Part shown: positions 1-9,711 of the stretch, in pieces
How the letters are laid out: every line of letters begins with the position of its first letter
Position numbering within the stretch: the first letter of the stretch is position 1
Position numbers and translations under genes: made by a program
Assembly (NCBI GenBank): GCA_965248265.1
Contig: CBDFJF010000001.1
Coordinates: 1,984,001 to 2,048,000, forward strand
Direction: 5' to 3'
Source: Candidatus Latescibacterota bacterium
GTDB lineage: Bacteria > Latescibacterota > UBA2968 > UBA8231
Length of the DNA stretch: 64,000 nt
Notes under the pieces: generated by a model
Told to the model about the DNA's origin: nothing
Seen by the model: the letters and a program-made list of their open reading frames with translations, nothing else
Databases searched by the model: none

Positions 1-99
1 TTTCGCCGTGCGTCGCGGAAAACGAGCCGCCCGATACACAACTCCAAGGAAAGGCCAGATCATCTTCTTCAGTCGTTTCAGCAATGCCAGCGCAGCCAT
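1..99 (-). CDS. 5' part of a CDS running off the window (next gene of the glycan operon)
   Basis: ATG at 99 overlaps the TGA stop of the upstream gmhB-like gene (TGATG). The frame is open to the window edge (MAALALLKRLKKMIWPFLG...). Confidence 0.5.
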   Translation of the reverse strand, partial: MAALALLKRLKKMIWPFLGVVYRAARFPRRTAK

Positions 100-743
100 C
101 AACGGACACCCGTGTCGGGATCGTCTTGATAGAGAGCGCGTTTACGAGAACGGTCAGATCTATCCCCTGCCTCCGTCGGCTTCGGAGCGCCGTATTGGCG
201 GCTCCTAGTTTCAGCGATCAGCCGGGCGATTATCGGAACTGCGCCCGCGACGTCGGCAACAACATAGTCAGGCATGGTGGCCAATTCCGCGTGAGTACGC
301 TTGCTTGGATTGACCAGGAAGGTCCTGGCCTCAATTGCAGATCCCAACTCCATGTCGCAACTTCGGTCGCCGATGACAAAACTGTCTCGTGGCTGGAAGT
401 CGTGGTCCCTGGCGGCGCTGTGCACCAACCCCACCTGTGGCTTGCGGCACTCGCAACCCACACCGGGTGAATGCGGACAGAAATAGATCCCGTCAAGGAC
501 TACACCTTCATCCCCTAACACTTGGTTGAGCCGGTCGTGAACCAGGTCCAGCTGAGCACGACCGAATAGCCCGCGCCCTATGCCCGATTGGTTGGTGACG
601 ATGACGAGTCCCAGAGACATTGCCTGGAGCTGACGCAGTCCATCGGCGACGCCCGGTAGCAGCTCTACCTGACGGGGATCTGATAGATAATGGCAGTCCT
701 TGATGATCGTGCCATCGCGATCAAAGATAACGAAGCTTCTCAA
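99..743 (-). CDS. gmhB: D-glycero-D-manno-heptose 1,7-bisphosphate phosphatase (HAD IIIA)
   Basis: DRDGT motif, VTNQSGIGRG, Zn motif CPH...CECRKP, GDR motif. Confidence 0.9.
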   Translation of the reverse strand: MRSFVIFDRDGTIIKDCHYLSDPRQVELLPGVADGLRQLQAMSLGLVIVTNQSGIGRGLFGRAQLDLVHDRLNQVLGDEGVVLDGIYFCPHSPGVGCECRKPQVGLVHSAARDHDFQPRDSFVIGDRSCDMELGSAIEARTFLVNPSKRTHAELATMPDYVVADVAGAVPIIARLIAETRSRQYGAPKPTEAGDRSDRSRKRALYQDDPDTGVR

Positions 744-776
744 TTCGCCAACGCCTCCAAGGTCATGTCGCTAGCA

Positions 777-1949
777 CTAGCAGCTGGAAAAATTCGGTGC
801 CGCCTGGGCAAACGCTGCACGGATATTCTCCAATGTATCATCACCCCAGAACCACGTTTGACCCTGAAGGCAGAAGTGCGGGTTCGCGCCTACCTGCAGA
901 CCGGTCAGCGCTGCTCTGACTCTCATGCCAGGATCCCTGTCTATTGGCAAAAACATGACATACCGAGCAAATCTGTTGTGGACCGCCAGATAGAAGGGAC
1001 CGCTGCCGATTCCCAGATTCAGCCACGCGCGCTGGTAGAGAGCCGCGCGAAGTTGAACGTTCCACGCAGCTGCAGTGAACAGGAAGTGACGCCCTATCCG
1101 AGCTCGTTTGTTGAGTTCGAAGGAGGAATCCGTATCTGGAACGAAGATTGGGAAATAGAGCGTGTCGTCGAGTCCATTGGCAAAATGAATCCAGCTGTCG
1201 AGCTGGCTATTTCGCTCGGGCAGGAATTCGCTGTCGCGAATAGTGATCACGACTGGCTTGCGGCCACTGGCAAGCTCGTCGAGGACCTCGTCGACATACA
1301 ACAAAGCACCACGAGGTGCCTCCAGCAGTCGGAACAGCTCAGCCGGTTCGGTTTCTACGCCGTATCCCGGATGGTCGAGAAACATCGGGCTGTCCACCAT
1401 ATAGTGATCCGGGAAGATCTGCGACACTGGTACGTCCCATAGTGCCTGAGCCTGGGTGCGAGTTCCGCAAATTGTAATCCTGCCTACAGTCGGCATCAGT
1501 TGGAGGCAGGGGATCACTAGGTTCTGTACTCTCCACATCCTCTTGTGGTCGCCAATAAGGTCGTCGTACTTGACACTTTTCTGCCCGCATCGGGCCATCA
1601 CTGACTTGAACTCAGGCCACAATGGAACGACAATGACATGAATATGGCCCAGCCCTCGCTGGCGCCGAGCCAACTCAGCATGAGTCAGATTCCAGAGAAT
1701 GTCATAGCTCGCCGGACACACGGTTTCATCCCAGAAATATCGCAGTTCGCCGACTGCGCGCTGGGACCCGGAGGAGGGGCGAATTCTACTTGAGAAGAGA
1801 CGTTTCGCTAGCTCTCGCTTGACCTCGCGAAAGCGCTTGCTGGCCAAACCGAATGTCGTCGACGGGTAGAGCCACTCCCTCATCAGTCTAGCCCCGAGCC
1901 AATCCCAGCCGTATCTGCGGAAATTCCGGATAAACCGCATTGCCCTCAC
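777..1949 (-). CDS. hypothetical protein, possible GT-B fold glycosyltransferase-like
   Basis: 390 aa ORF in the operon. C-terminal ITIRDS..RNS..W and A..NLGIGSGP segments resemble GT9/TIGR04372-like proteins (inference). Confidence 0.45.
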   Translation of the reverse strand: MRAMRFIRNFRRYGWDWLGARLMREWLYPSTTFGLASKRFREVKRELAKRLFSSRIRPSSGSQRAVGELRYFWDETVCPASYDILWNLTHAELARRQRGLGHIHVIVVPLWPEFKSVMARCGQKSVKYDDLIGDHKRMWRVQNLVIPCLQLMPTVGRITICGTRTQAQALWDVPVSQIFPDHYMVDSPMFLDHPGYGVETEPAELFRLLEAPRGALLYVDEVLDELASGRKPVVITIRDSEFLPERNSQLDSWIHFANGLDDTLYFPIFVPDTDSSFELNKRARIGRHFLFTAAAWNVQLRAALYQRAWLNLGIGSGPFYLAVHNRFARYVMFLPIDRDPGMRVRAALTGLQVGANPHFCLQGQTWFWGDDTLENIRAAFAQAAPNFSSC

Positions 1950-1977
1950 GGGGCGACTCCAGCTGCTTCACTCACCC

Positions 1978-3150
1978 TCAAGTGTACTGACCGATAGAGC
2001 GGAGGAATGCCTCATCAGGAGTCAAGAGCTGATCCTCTCCCATCAGAGTGATGTAGAAGTCTACCAACTCCCGCGCACCGACAAGTTTGGTCGAAGTGCG
2101 GAGTCGTCGCGCCGCGAGAATACTCCTGGACAAGGGATTCCGTGTCGATGAGTATACTGGGGGCCAGTATCTAAGGGAGCCCTCCTGTGTGCCCAGAACG
2201 CGGCACTTCAGCGCCGTCACCAGAAGTGCGCGCCGCTCACGAGACCAGCGCATCAACCTGGGCAAACGCGCCGCCGCCGCCGCATTCTCGTTGTCCTCCG
2301 GCACAAAGACTGTGATCCTGTCATCGTTGTGCACTAGGCGAAATCCGAATCGGTGGAACTGCCTCGAGACCATAGAGTGATGTACCCACGACTGTTTCCC
2401 CCAGCCCTGGAACACGAATGCCTTTACGCCCGCTCCGCTCAGCATCTTCCTGGCGATAATGAGAGCCATTGACAGGCTGTCCGGATGCATTTCCGCGAGA
2501 GCGTGATTACACGTGACGATATCGAACGATGGCACGTCTCCATCCAGCAGTCGGAAAAACTCCCACCAGGGGAAATGCACAGCGCCCCCGGGAACAAGAC
2601 CACCATCCCATCTCGCATCGGTCGCCAACTCGGCAACGCGACCGTTAGTCATACTGTGCCAGAGTCGGTTCTGAAGGAGATAGAACGCCTGGGCTACGTC
2701 AGTTGAGGCGTAGCTCCAGCCGTTCAGCATGAGAAGGCAGCCCACATAGCCCGAGCCAGGGCCAATTTCGAAGACGCGGCCGGCGGCGGCGCCCAGCACA
2801 CTGCACAGTTCGTTGTAGATGTTGAGCGACCGCAAAAGACTGCTCCTGGTCGAAAGGGGACGCGAGAATTGAGTCATGCTGAAGTCTCGTACTCTCTCTG
2901 CCACGTCCCGCATCTGGCCGAATTCCTCCGGAGTCAGTCCGCCTTCTAAGAGATGATCCAGATCCCTCTCAAAGCGGGTCTCGTGCATGACGTCCAGGTA
3001 CTTCCACAGCTCACTTTCGAACCGCACACGAGTCGGATATCCCGTTCTGCCAAACGCCACGGGCTCCACCGTCAACAGCGAGCGATTTGGGAGCTTAGCG
3101 ATGCCCTCCTGTTCCCTCCGCTCGTAATCCCTGACTGTCAACATTGTCAT
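1978..3150 (-). CDS. putative sugar O-methyltransferase (class I SAM)
   Basis: SAM-binding motif FEIGPGSGY; CNHALAEM; glycan-cluster context. Confidence 0.7.
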   Translation of the reverse strand: MTMLTVRDYERREQEGIAKLPNRSLLTVEPVAFGRTGYPTRVRFESELWKYLDVMHETRFERDLDHLLEGGLTPEEFGQMRDVAERVRDFSMTQFSRPLSTRSSLLRSLNIYNELCSVLGAAAGRVFEIGPGSGYVGCLLMLNGWSYASTDVAQAFYLLQNRLWHSMTNGRVAELATDARWDGGLVPGGAVHFPWWEFFRLLDGDVPSFDIVTCNHALAEMHPDSLSMALIIARKMLSGAGVKAFVFQGWGKQSWVHHSMVSRQFHRFGFRLVHNDDRITVFVPEDNENAAAAARLPRLMRWSRERRALLVTALKCRVLGTQEGSLRYWPPVYSSTRNPLSRSILAARRLRTSTKLVGARELVDFYITLMGEDQLLTPDEAFLRSIGQYT

Positions 3151-4517
3151 TCCTCACCTGCCGAGTGGCACTTCATCAGCTCATATGCGGTCCACGGTAC
3201 TGCCACGAGCCACCAAACGGCAGTCACGCACACAAGTAGCCATACCAGCCCGAAGTGTGGCAACACTGTGAAACACGCACAGGCGATAACGGCGCCTCGC
3301 ACGATTCCAAGGCTGGTCTGCGGGTTCTTGTGCGCCAGCAGGAGGTAGCTGCCACCCGTGATCAAACTCCGCCCAAGCTCGGTGAGAATGAGCAACCCTA
3401 ACACGCCGAGACTCGACAGGCGATCAGGGAAAAACCCGTAGCGACCAAAGGCGTGAACGACGAGGAACAGGGCGAGCGCCCCGAGTCCGAACAACAGTAT
3501 GTGAGCCACGGTCAGCACGGCCGTCAGTTTGAAGCTTTCCTCTCTCTCTCCGCTCACTACGAGCATATTTATCCGGGGTATCTTAGAGGCGACTATAGAG
3601 TAGGATATGGAGAAAACTGACTTCACCAGCACCAGCGTGAGTCCCAACTGACCAGCAACCACCGATCCTTCGACTTTGTAGACTGCGGGGACGAACAGAA
3701 AGTAGGTCAGATAGTTGCTTAAGACTGCGGGTATCATCTTCGTCTGTAGCTCAACTATCTCTCGCTTTGGTCCGTATACTTCACCAGTTGGATGACGGCC
3801 GAGCTGTCCCCAAAACCGCTTTCCGATCAGGGCGATGCAGGTCACGCTCAGAATCGCGCCGGCAGCGTGCGCGATTGGCAGTGCCCAGAGACCGCCTCCG
3901 TAGAACAAAATTACCCACATGATCAACGACAAGCTTATTGACCCGAAGAACGTAGCCCGCTGGGCTGGAGCAACTTCGTTCAGCCCCCGGTATATGGCCG
4001 GCGGCAGTGTGGAGAACAGGTACAACCCTGTGGCGCACGAATACAGCACCCAGGATAGACGAATTGGTAGGCTTTCGTCCCTGAAGTAGATCAGCCCGGC
4101 AACAGCCAACAGGAATGCGGCAACGATAGCGGCCAAGAAAAAGAGCTTAATTGCCTGTCTCGCCAAGCTAAGGAGGCGATTGAGATGGTGCGCGTTTCCG
4201 ACCAGACACCCATCAATGAGCTTCAAATGGGCGTACTCGTAACTGATGAACTGTGAGGTCACATGACAAAACCCCAGCTCACAGACGATCGCGAGGGCAG
4301 CTATGTTGCTGAAGGTGTACCAGAGTCCCTGTTCCTCAATGCTCAGAAAGACCACTATGAAATAGGCACTCACCCACCCTCTTAGGAGCGACCAGACGTT
4401 GGTGAGGCCGATCCACATCGTGCCACCGTCGATGATGTAACCGTCTACGCTGAAGAGCAATGCCCATCGACTGGTGAGCCTATGACGATGGGCCAAAAAC
4501 CAATGCCTCAGATGCAA
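3147..4517 (-). CDS. wzx: Wzx-like polysaccharide flippase (true start may be downstream)
   Basis: Many hydrophobic segments; EQGLWYTF..IAAL..ELGF motif typical of O-unit flippases. Confidence 0.75.
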   Translation of the reverse strand: MHLRHWFLAHRHRLTSRWALLFSVDGYIIDGGTMWIGLTNVWSLLRGWVSAYFIVVFLSIEEQGLWYTFSNIAALAIVCELGFCHVTSQFISYEYAHLKLIDGCLVGNAHHLNRLLSLARQAIKLFFLAAIVAAFLLAVAGLIYFRDESLPIRLSWVLYSCATGLYLFSTLPPAIYRGLNEVAPAQRATFFGSISLSLIMWVILFYGGGLWALPIAHAAGAILSVTCIALIGKRFWGQLGRHPTGEVYGPKREIVELQTKMIPAVLSNYLTYFLFVPAVYKVEGSVVAGQLGLTLVLVKSVFSISYSIVASKIPRINMLVVSGEREESFKLTAVLTVAHILLFGLGALALFLVVHAFGRYGFFPDRLSSLGVLGLLILTELGRSLITGGSYLLLAHKNPQTSLGIVRGAVIACACFTVLPHFGLVWLLVCVTAVWWLVAVPWTAYELMKCHSAGEE

Positions 4518-4562
4518 CAGGACCCTCTCCCCAGTTCGGGACCGACACTTACTGGGCTCAAA

Positions 4563-5516
4563 TTATGAAGGGATTCCGAGAAGTTCGGCGTGGTAATCAC
4601 CCTCACGCCAGTCCACGACGTGTGAGGTCTCCGCCAAACGCTGAAACAGCGCCGTGTTCGCAAGTGCCTGACCTTGCAGGTGTACTCCGCCACCGAGGTG
4701 TTGGATGTCCATCTGCCCATAGACGTAGACTGCTGCCGCCTTCACAGCACTCAGATACTCGTCCTGCAGGCCTTCCGGGAACTCGGTCAGGGCCATGGTG
4801 GAAATCAGGAATGGCGGAGACTCAAACTCCGATACCAGCCGAACATACGCCTCGGAGGGAACGAGGCGAACCGGAGATGCTGAGGTGCCGCAGAGATAGT
4901 CCGTGCCGTTCCATATGGCTATTTCATCGCCCGCGAAAAACTCCGTCAGGTAGTATCTCTGAATGACTATGGAGATGGGCACGTCTACTATGTAGTACCG
5001 CCCGGCAACGGAGTATTCTCGAAGCAGACGAGCCAGGTTGCCAAATCCCCCGCCTATTTCAAGAAAATCCATCGCGCGCCCAAAGTAGCTCCGAGTGAAC
5101 TGATGCAGCACGGCGAGATGGTACAGGTGGCGCATGGCCGTTCTGGTGATGTAGCAGCCTCTTACCGTCGCGAGATCGGTAGGACTTCCGCACAGTGATT
5201 CACGATATGTCGACAGGAAGAAGGCAAGAACCTCGCTACCGTAATGCGACTCCAGTCGCACCAGATATTCTTCGCCGCCTCCATGGCATATGTGGTCGGC
5301 GATTCTCTCATCCTCCTGAAATTTGAGAAGGCCACCGCTGCGCACCGCAGCGTCCATCCTCCAGTGAGGAGCTGTCCACGCGGCCTCCGTCTCTGACTCG
5401 TCGTTTATCTCTGAACGCTGTGAAGCGTGCAAGGCGTCGAGAAGCTCAACGCATTCGTGCGCCCTTCGCTCGCGTGAGCCGGTATCCCGTTCTCGTATTG
5501 GGTTAACTGTGAGCAC
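4563..5516 (-). CDS. putative sugar O-methyltransferase (TIGR04371-like)
   Basis: LEIGGGFGNLAR, YYIVDVP..IQRYYL, ST.ALTE motifs. Confidence 0.75.
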   Translation of the reverse strand: MLTVNPIRERDTGSRERRAHECVELLDALHASQRSEINDESETEAAWTAPHWRMDAAVRSGGLLKFQEDERIADHICHGGGEEYLVRLESHYGSEVLAFFLSTYRESLCGSPTDLATVRGCYITRTAMRHLYHLAVLHQFTRSYFGRAMDFLEIGGGFGNLARLLREYSVAGRYYIVDVPISIVIQRYYLTEFFAGDEIAIWNGTDYLCGTSASPVRLVPSEAYVRLVSEFESPPFLISTMALTEFPEGLQDEYLSAVKAAAVYVYGQMDIQHLGGGVHLQGQALANTALFQRLAETSHVVDWREGDYHAELLGIPS

Positions 5517-5518
5517 GC

Positions 5519-5863
5519 TTAGTCAGGGGTCCTGTCGAGAGCATGAAGAACCTTCTCAACGGTCACGAGACCGGTAAAGCGTGTCTCGGTACCGTCGGGA
5601 TGAAGAACAATTACCATTGGCAATAGGGCGACGGCGAACGCTGCGGTGATTCTCGGGCACTCGTCGATATTGATCTTGAACACGTCGATCTCAGCACCTA
5701 TAGCCTGGGCCAACTTTGACATGGCCGCCACATTGTGGCGACAGGCCTCGCACCTGTAGCTCCAGAACTCCAAAACAACAAAAGCAGATCGAATACGCAG
5801 CTGGTCGGCGAGAGCATCGTCAGAAAGGTGTCGCGGTCTTACTTCCGACATCGAATCGGTCAC
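5519..5863 (-). CDS. thioredoxin-family protein
   Basis: VVLEFWSYRCEAC (CxxC), KINIDECP, cis-Pro loop (LP); 114 aa. Confidence 0.75.
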   Translation of the reverse strand: MTDSMSEVRPRHLSDDALADQLRIRSAFVVLEFWSYRCEACRHNVAAMSKLAQAIGAEIDVFKINIDECPRITAAFAVALLPMVIVLHPDGTETRFTGLVTVEKVLHALDRTPD

Positions 5864-6825
5864 TTCCGCGCCTCCGCAGCCTCTGCTTCGGGATCACGAT
5901 GAATGCCTCGGAGAAGCCGCAAGGTCTCCTCTACGGCTTTTCCCAAATCGCCATATGCGGAGAAGCCAAGCTCCGAAATTTTCTCGCTGGATACTTCGTA
6001 GGACAGCTGATTCATAACTGGCGCATCCACCAACTCGACACGTATGTCGGCAATGTGCTCTCGTATGTACTGCAGAATCTCTGCTACCGTGGCGTTACTG
6101 GTCACCACGTTATAAAGGTGCCCGTCGGCACTCTTTGTCTGCGTTGCAAAGTGCAAAGCCCTCACCGCATCCCCGAGCTCCAGATACGGCCGCATCTGGT
6201 TCATCGCGGTGCGCCACACCGTCAGTGGCTCACCGACGGAGGCCTGCCAGCAAAACTTGTTCACAGCCGTGTGGAATCGCATCCCTGCTGAGGCCCCGCA
6301 GATGGTACCGAAACGCAGTATGGTGGCTTGAAGGCCCTGTTCGCGCACAAGACGGCCGAGGAGGATCTCGGCCTGCAGCTTGCTATCCGCGTAGGGGCTC
6401 TGGGGACGTAATTCGCTCTCACTACACCCCTCGTCTACAATGGATTTCTGAGTGCCGTACACGCTTGTGGTAGATGGGAATAACATCCTGCTGCCGTGTT
6501 GGACGCAGGCTGTTGCCAGATGTCGCGTGCCATCCACGTTAACTCTGTAAACGAGATCTCGGTTCTCGAAACTATTGACTGCGTCGGTCGCAGCCGCCAG
6601 GTGAATGACGGTGTCAACATCTTGGAGTAGATCGCCAAAGTCCACTTCGCATATATCCGCCTGGACAAAACGGTATCTGATCTCGGGAGGCAGGTCGAAT
6701 AATGAGCAATAGCGCTGCGTGGATAGGTCATCCACTAGGACGACTTCGTCCACGGCACCCGGATCGAGTGAGCGAATCAGACAAGACCCAATGTGTCCCA
6801 GAGGCCCTGTTATCAAGATCTTCAT
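5860..6825 (-). CDS. NAD-dependent sugar epimerase/dehydratase (extended SDR)
   Basis: MKILITGPLGHIG, YADSK (YxxxK). Start reassigned to ATG 6825. Confidence 0.85.
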   Translation of the reverse strand: MKILITGPLGHIGSCLIRSLDPGAVDEVVLVDDLSTQRYCSLFDLPPEIRYRFVQADICEVDFGDLLQDVDTVIHLAAATDAVNSFENRDLVYRVNVDGTRHLATACVQHGSRMLFPSTTSVYGTQKSIVDEGCSESELRPQSPYADSKLQAEILLGRLVREQGLQATILRFGTICGASAGMRFHTAVNKFCWQASVGEPLTVWRTAMNQMRPYLELGDAVRALHFATQTKSADGHLYNVVTSNATVAEILQYIREHIADIRVELVDAPVMNQLSYEVSSEKISELGFSAYGDLGKAVEETLRLLRGIHRDPEAEAAEARK

Positions 6826-6862
6826 TGATAGGCCTGGTCGACTTAACGCGCTATGGCGCCCG

Positions 6863-7756
6863 TCATAAGCCCATTTCCCGCAGGGACATCGGCACACCCT
6901 CCTGGACGCCGATCTTTGGTTCCCAATCCAGGTCGCGAAGAGCCTTGCTGATGTCGCCGAAGGTGACGTTCATCTCGCCGCGTCTGCGGGGGATGTAGTC
7001 TATGTCTCCACCAATCAACTCGGCCATATGTTTTACCGTCACAGTAGTACCACTCCCGATGTTGTATATTTCCCCCGATTTATCGGATTCTAGGGCGGCG
7101 ATTATGGCATCAGTTACGTCCGAAATGTGGGTGAAATCTCGCGTCTGGGAGCCATCGCCGGTCACAGTGATTGGCTGGCCCTCTGCCATGAGTCTGACGA
7201 ACAGACCGAACATGGCGCTGGCCCGTGGTCCATAAAGGTTGAAGAAACGTAACGAGACGGCGGGCAAGCCATACACCTGTGCCCAGTGGATAACCATCTC
7301 TTCACCCATGCGCTTCATAAGTGCATAAGGGTATTGAGGGCGAATCGGAGCGTCTTCGGGTGTTGGGTATTCATCCGCATTGCCATAGCAAGCAGCCGAA
7401 CTAGGGTACACGAACCGCTTAGCAGACCTCGCCCTGCTGGCCTCGAGAACGTTGTAGGTGCCTCCGACCAACACATTCAGGTAGTCCCCAGGACTCTCCA
7501 CGGACTGGACGATATCCGTCAGCGCCGCCAAATGAACAACCCAATCAACGCCGTCAAATTCGCTTTTCCAATCTCCGGCCTCGGAAATATCCGACTCAAC
7601 GATCCGCAAAGCCGATGAACTGGCAATGTGGCCAAGATTCTCCGGAGTGCTCCCGACCATGTTATCGATCACGACAACATCGTGCTGTTGGTCGATCAGC
7701 TTGGGGACCAAGTGCGAGCCGATGAAACCACAACCACCCGTGACGACAACCTTCAT
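6863..7756 (-). CDS. NAD-dependent epimerase/dehydratase (GalE-like SDR)
   Basis: GGCGFIG, YALMK, RFFNLYGP, GDGSQTRDF. Confidence 0.9.
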   Translation of the reverse strand: MKVVVTGGCGFIGSHLVPKLIDQQHDVVVIDNMVGSTPENLGHIASSSALRIVESDISEAGDWKSEFDGVDWVVHLAALTDIVQSVESPGDYLNVLVGGTYNVLEASRARSAKRFVYPSSAACYGNADEYPTPEDAPIRPQYPYALMKRMGEEMVIHWAQVYGLPAVSLRFFNLYGPRASAMFGLFVRLMAEGQPITVTGDGSQTRDFTHISDVTDAIIAALESDKSGEIYNIGSGTTVTVKHMAELIGGDIDYIPRRRGEMNVTFGDISKALRDLDWEPKIGVQEGVPMSLREMGL

Positions 7757-8328
7757 CTATGCTCCTCCAGTGAATCCGAATCAACAGGATTTCTATCTCG
7801 ATAGCAGACGAACTCGTTATCCCAGACCGTCACCCGTTTCCAATAACGCATGCCGACCTTCGCCATAACTCGGCGCGAGGCAAGGTGGTCGGGATGAGTT
7901 ATAGCCACTATTTCGGCTAGCCCGAGTGGTCCAAAGCCGTAGTCAAGGGCCGTACGCACCGCTTCCGTCGCGTATCCCCGCCCCCAGTAATCGCTCCGAA
8001 TGAGGTATGAGACCTCCACTTTATCAAGAGGAGGTAGCCATCCCAACCCGCAATGTCCCAGTATCACGGAGTCTCTCTTGGTCTCTAAACACCAGATGCC
8101 GTATCCATGGCGTTGCCAGTGGTCGACCTTCGTCTGCAGCGATTGCCGCGTACGTCCGCAGTCTCGGGGTCCATTCATGAAGTGCATCGTCTTAGGGTCC
8201 GAAAAAATCTCATAGAACCCGGGCAGATCGGACTCTTGGAACTGGCGCAGTAGCAACCGATCTGACTCGCACTGTGGATATTGCTGACGATCGGGTATCG
8301 TGAGGGTACTTTGAGACAGATCAGACAT
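7753..8328 (-). CDS. GNAT N-acetyltransferase (RimJ/RimL family)
   Basis: YWGRGYATEA and ASRRVMAKVGM motifs. Confidence 0.85.
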   Translation of the reverse strand: MSDLSQSTLTIPDRQQYPQCESDRLLLRQFQESDLPGFYEIFSDPKTMHFMNGPRDCGRTRQSLQTKVDHWQRHGYGIWCLETKRDSVILGHCGLGWLPPLDKVEVSYLIRSDYWGRGYATEAVRTALDYGFGPLGLAEIVAITHPDHLASRRVMAKVGMRYWKRVTVWDNEFVCYRDRNPVDSDSLEEHR

Positions 8329-8346
8329 CGAGTAGATTGGATAGTT

Positions 8347-9711
8347 TCAGGCAGATGCCTTTGTCTCCTGCGCAGTTTCGTTGAACACAGAGACATAAGC
8401 GTCGATTACGGCGTTCGCCTCATCGGCGGTGATGACATTTGGTGGATTGATGTTCGTCCGATGGAATTTCGCGCTCAGCATCATGCCGTGTTGATCGAGC
8501 ATGTCCCGCTCGAGCTTGGTGTTGAATTGCTCTCGGATTGCGCAATCGCAGGTTGGCGGCCTGGGGGCGGAACAGGCGCCACAGTCATATTCTATCGTCG
8601 TAAGCAGCCCACGTCCCCTGACGTTTCTGAAAAAGGGGTGGTCTCCCAACTCGTCAGATAAACGACGCCTCATTAGTGCGCCCAGCGAGTTGATGTGCTC
8701 CAGCATCGCGGGGATGTGCATTATGCGTTGCACCTCAAGTGCCGCCGCGACGCTTATCGGATGGCACTCGTATGTGGACCCGAGCATGACCCGACCCGTA
8801 TGTCCTGCAAGTGCCTCGACAAATTCGGCACGCGTGGCAACGGCACTTATTGGTGCGAATCCAGCCGCTAATTGTTTGCCCATACATACGAAATCCGGGG
8901 TCACGTTGTCCCACGCGATGCAATAGCTCTTCCCGCTGCGGCCGTTCCCGACATATACTTCGTCCAGGATCAAATGAACTCCATAGCGATCACAGATATC
9001 GCGAACGTGGCTGAAGTAGGTAGGGGCCGGGGGCACGTTCCCAACGAGCTGTCCGAGCATGGATTCGGCGACGAAAGCGCAGACTCGTTCAGGGCCAATC
9101 TCAAGAATCTTCGCCTCCAAATAACCCGCACTACGCGTCGCATACTCGTCGATGGACTCGCCCTTTGAGCGCAATGTGTACGGATTATGTTGAGGAATAC
9201 GTCCAACATTCTGCAGGTTGATCGGATCAAAGAAGTCGTAGATGGGAATCGTGGTTACCGAATTGGCTCCCGTCGTACAGCCGTGGAATGCGTCATCGCG
9301 GCATATGAACCAACTGCGATCAGCGTCACCGCAACTGTAGTGCACCTGGTAGCTCATTCGCATCGCAGACTCGATCGCCTCGCTGCCCGAACACCCTGAG
9401 TACCAGACGCGATCGAGACCCACGGGAGCATCGACCAGGATGAGATCTGCCAACTCATCGACCATGGCGTTCCGCCAGCCTTGCGTAGATGTGTAGCAAA
9501 AGAGCTCGAGCTGACGCCGCATGGCGTCGACCACCTGCGGATGCGCATGTCCGAGTTGCAAGCAGGCTGAGTAACCGGCGGTTAGATCCATGAGTCTACG
9601 GCCGTCTTCTCCCTCTACGTAGATCCCCTCGCCTCGTTTGAAGTATGGAAACGGAGGGGCACCAGGGTAGCGACGGATGACTTTGTCGCCATCAAGAACA
9701 GCATCGCTCAC
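8347..9711 (-). CDS. class III PLP-dependent aminotransferase
   Basis: GEGIY, SGSEAIE, AFHG, LILDEVYVGNGRSG, GK (PLP lysine). Confidence 0.9.
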   Translation of the reverse strand: MSDAVLDGDKVIRRYPGAPPFPYFKRGEGIYVEGEDGRRLMDLTAGYSACLQLGHAHPQVVDAMRRQLELFCYTSTQGWRNAMVDELADLILVDAPVGLDRVWYSGCSGSEAIESAMRMSYQVHYSCGDADRSWFICRDDAFHGCTTGANSVTTIPIYDFFDPINLQNVGRIPQHNPYTLRSKGESIDEYATRSAGYLEAKILEIGPERVCAFVAESMLGQLVGNVPPAPTYFSHVRDICDRYGVHLILDEVYVGNGRSGKSYCIAWDNVTPDFVCMGKQLAAGFAPISAVATRAEFVEALAGHTGRVMLGSTYECHPISVAAALEVQRIMHIPAMLEHINSLGALMRRRLSDELGDHPFFRNVRGRGLLTTIEYDCGACSAPRPPTCDCAIREQFNTKLERDMLDQHGMMLSAKFHRTNINPPNVITADEANAVIDAYVSVFNETAQETKASA

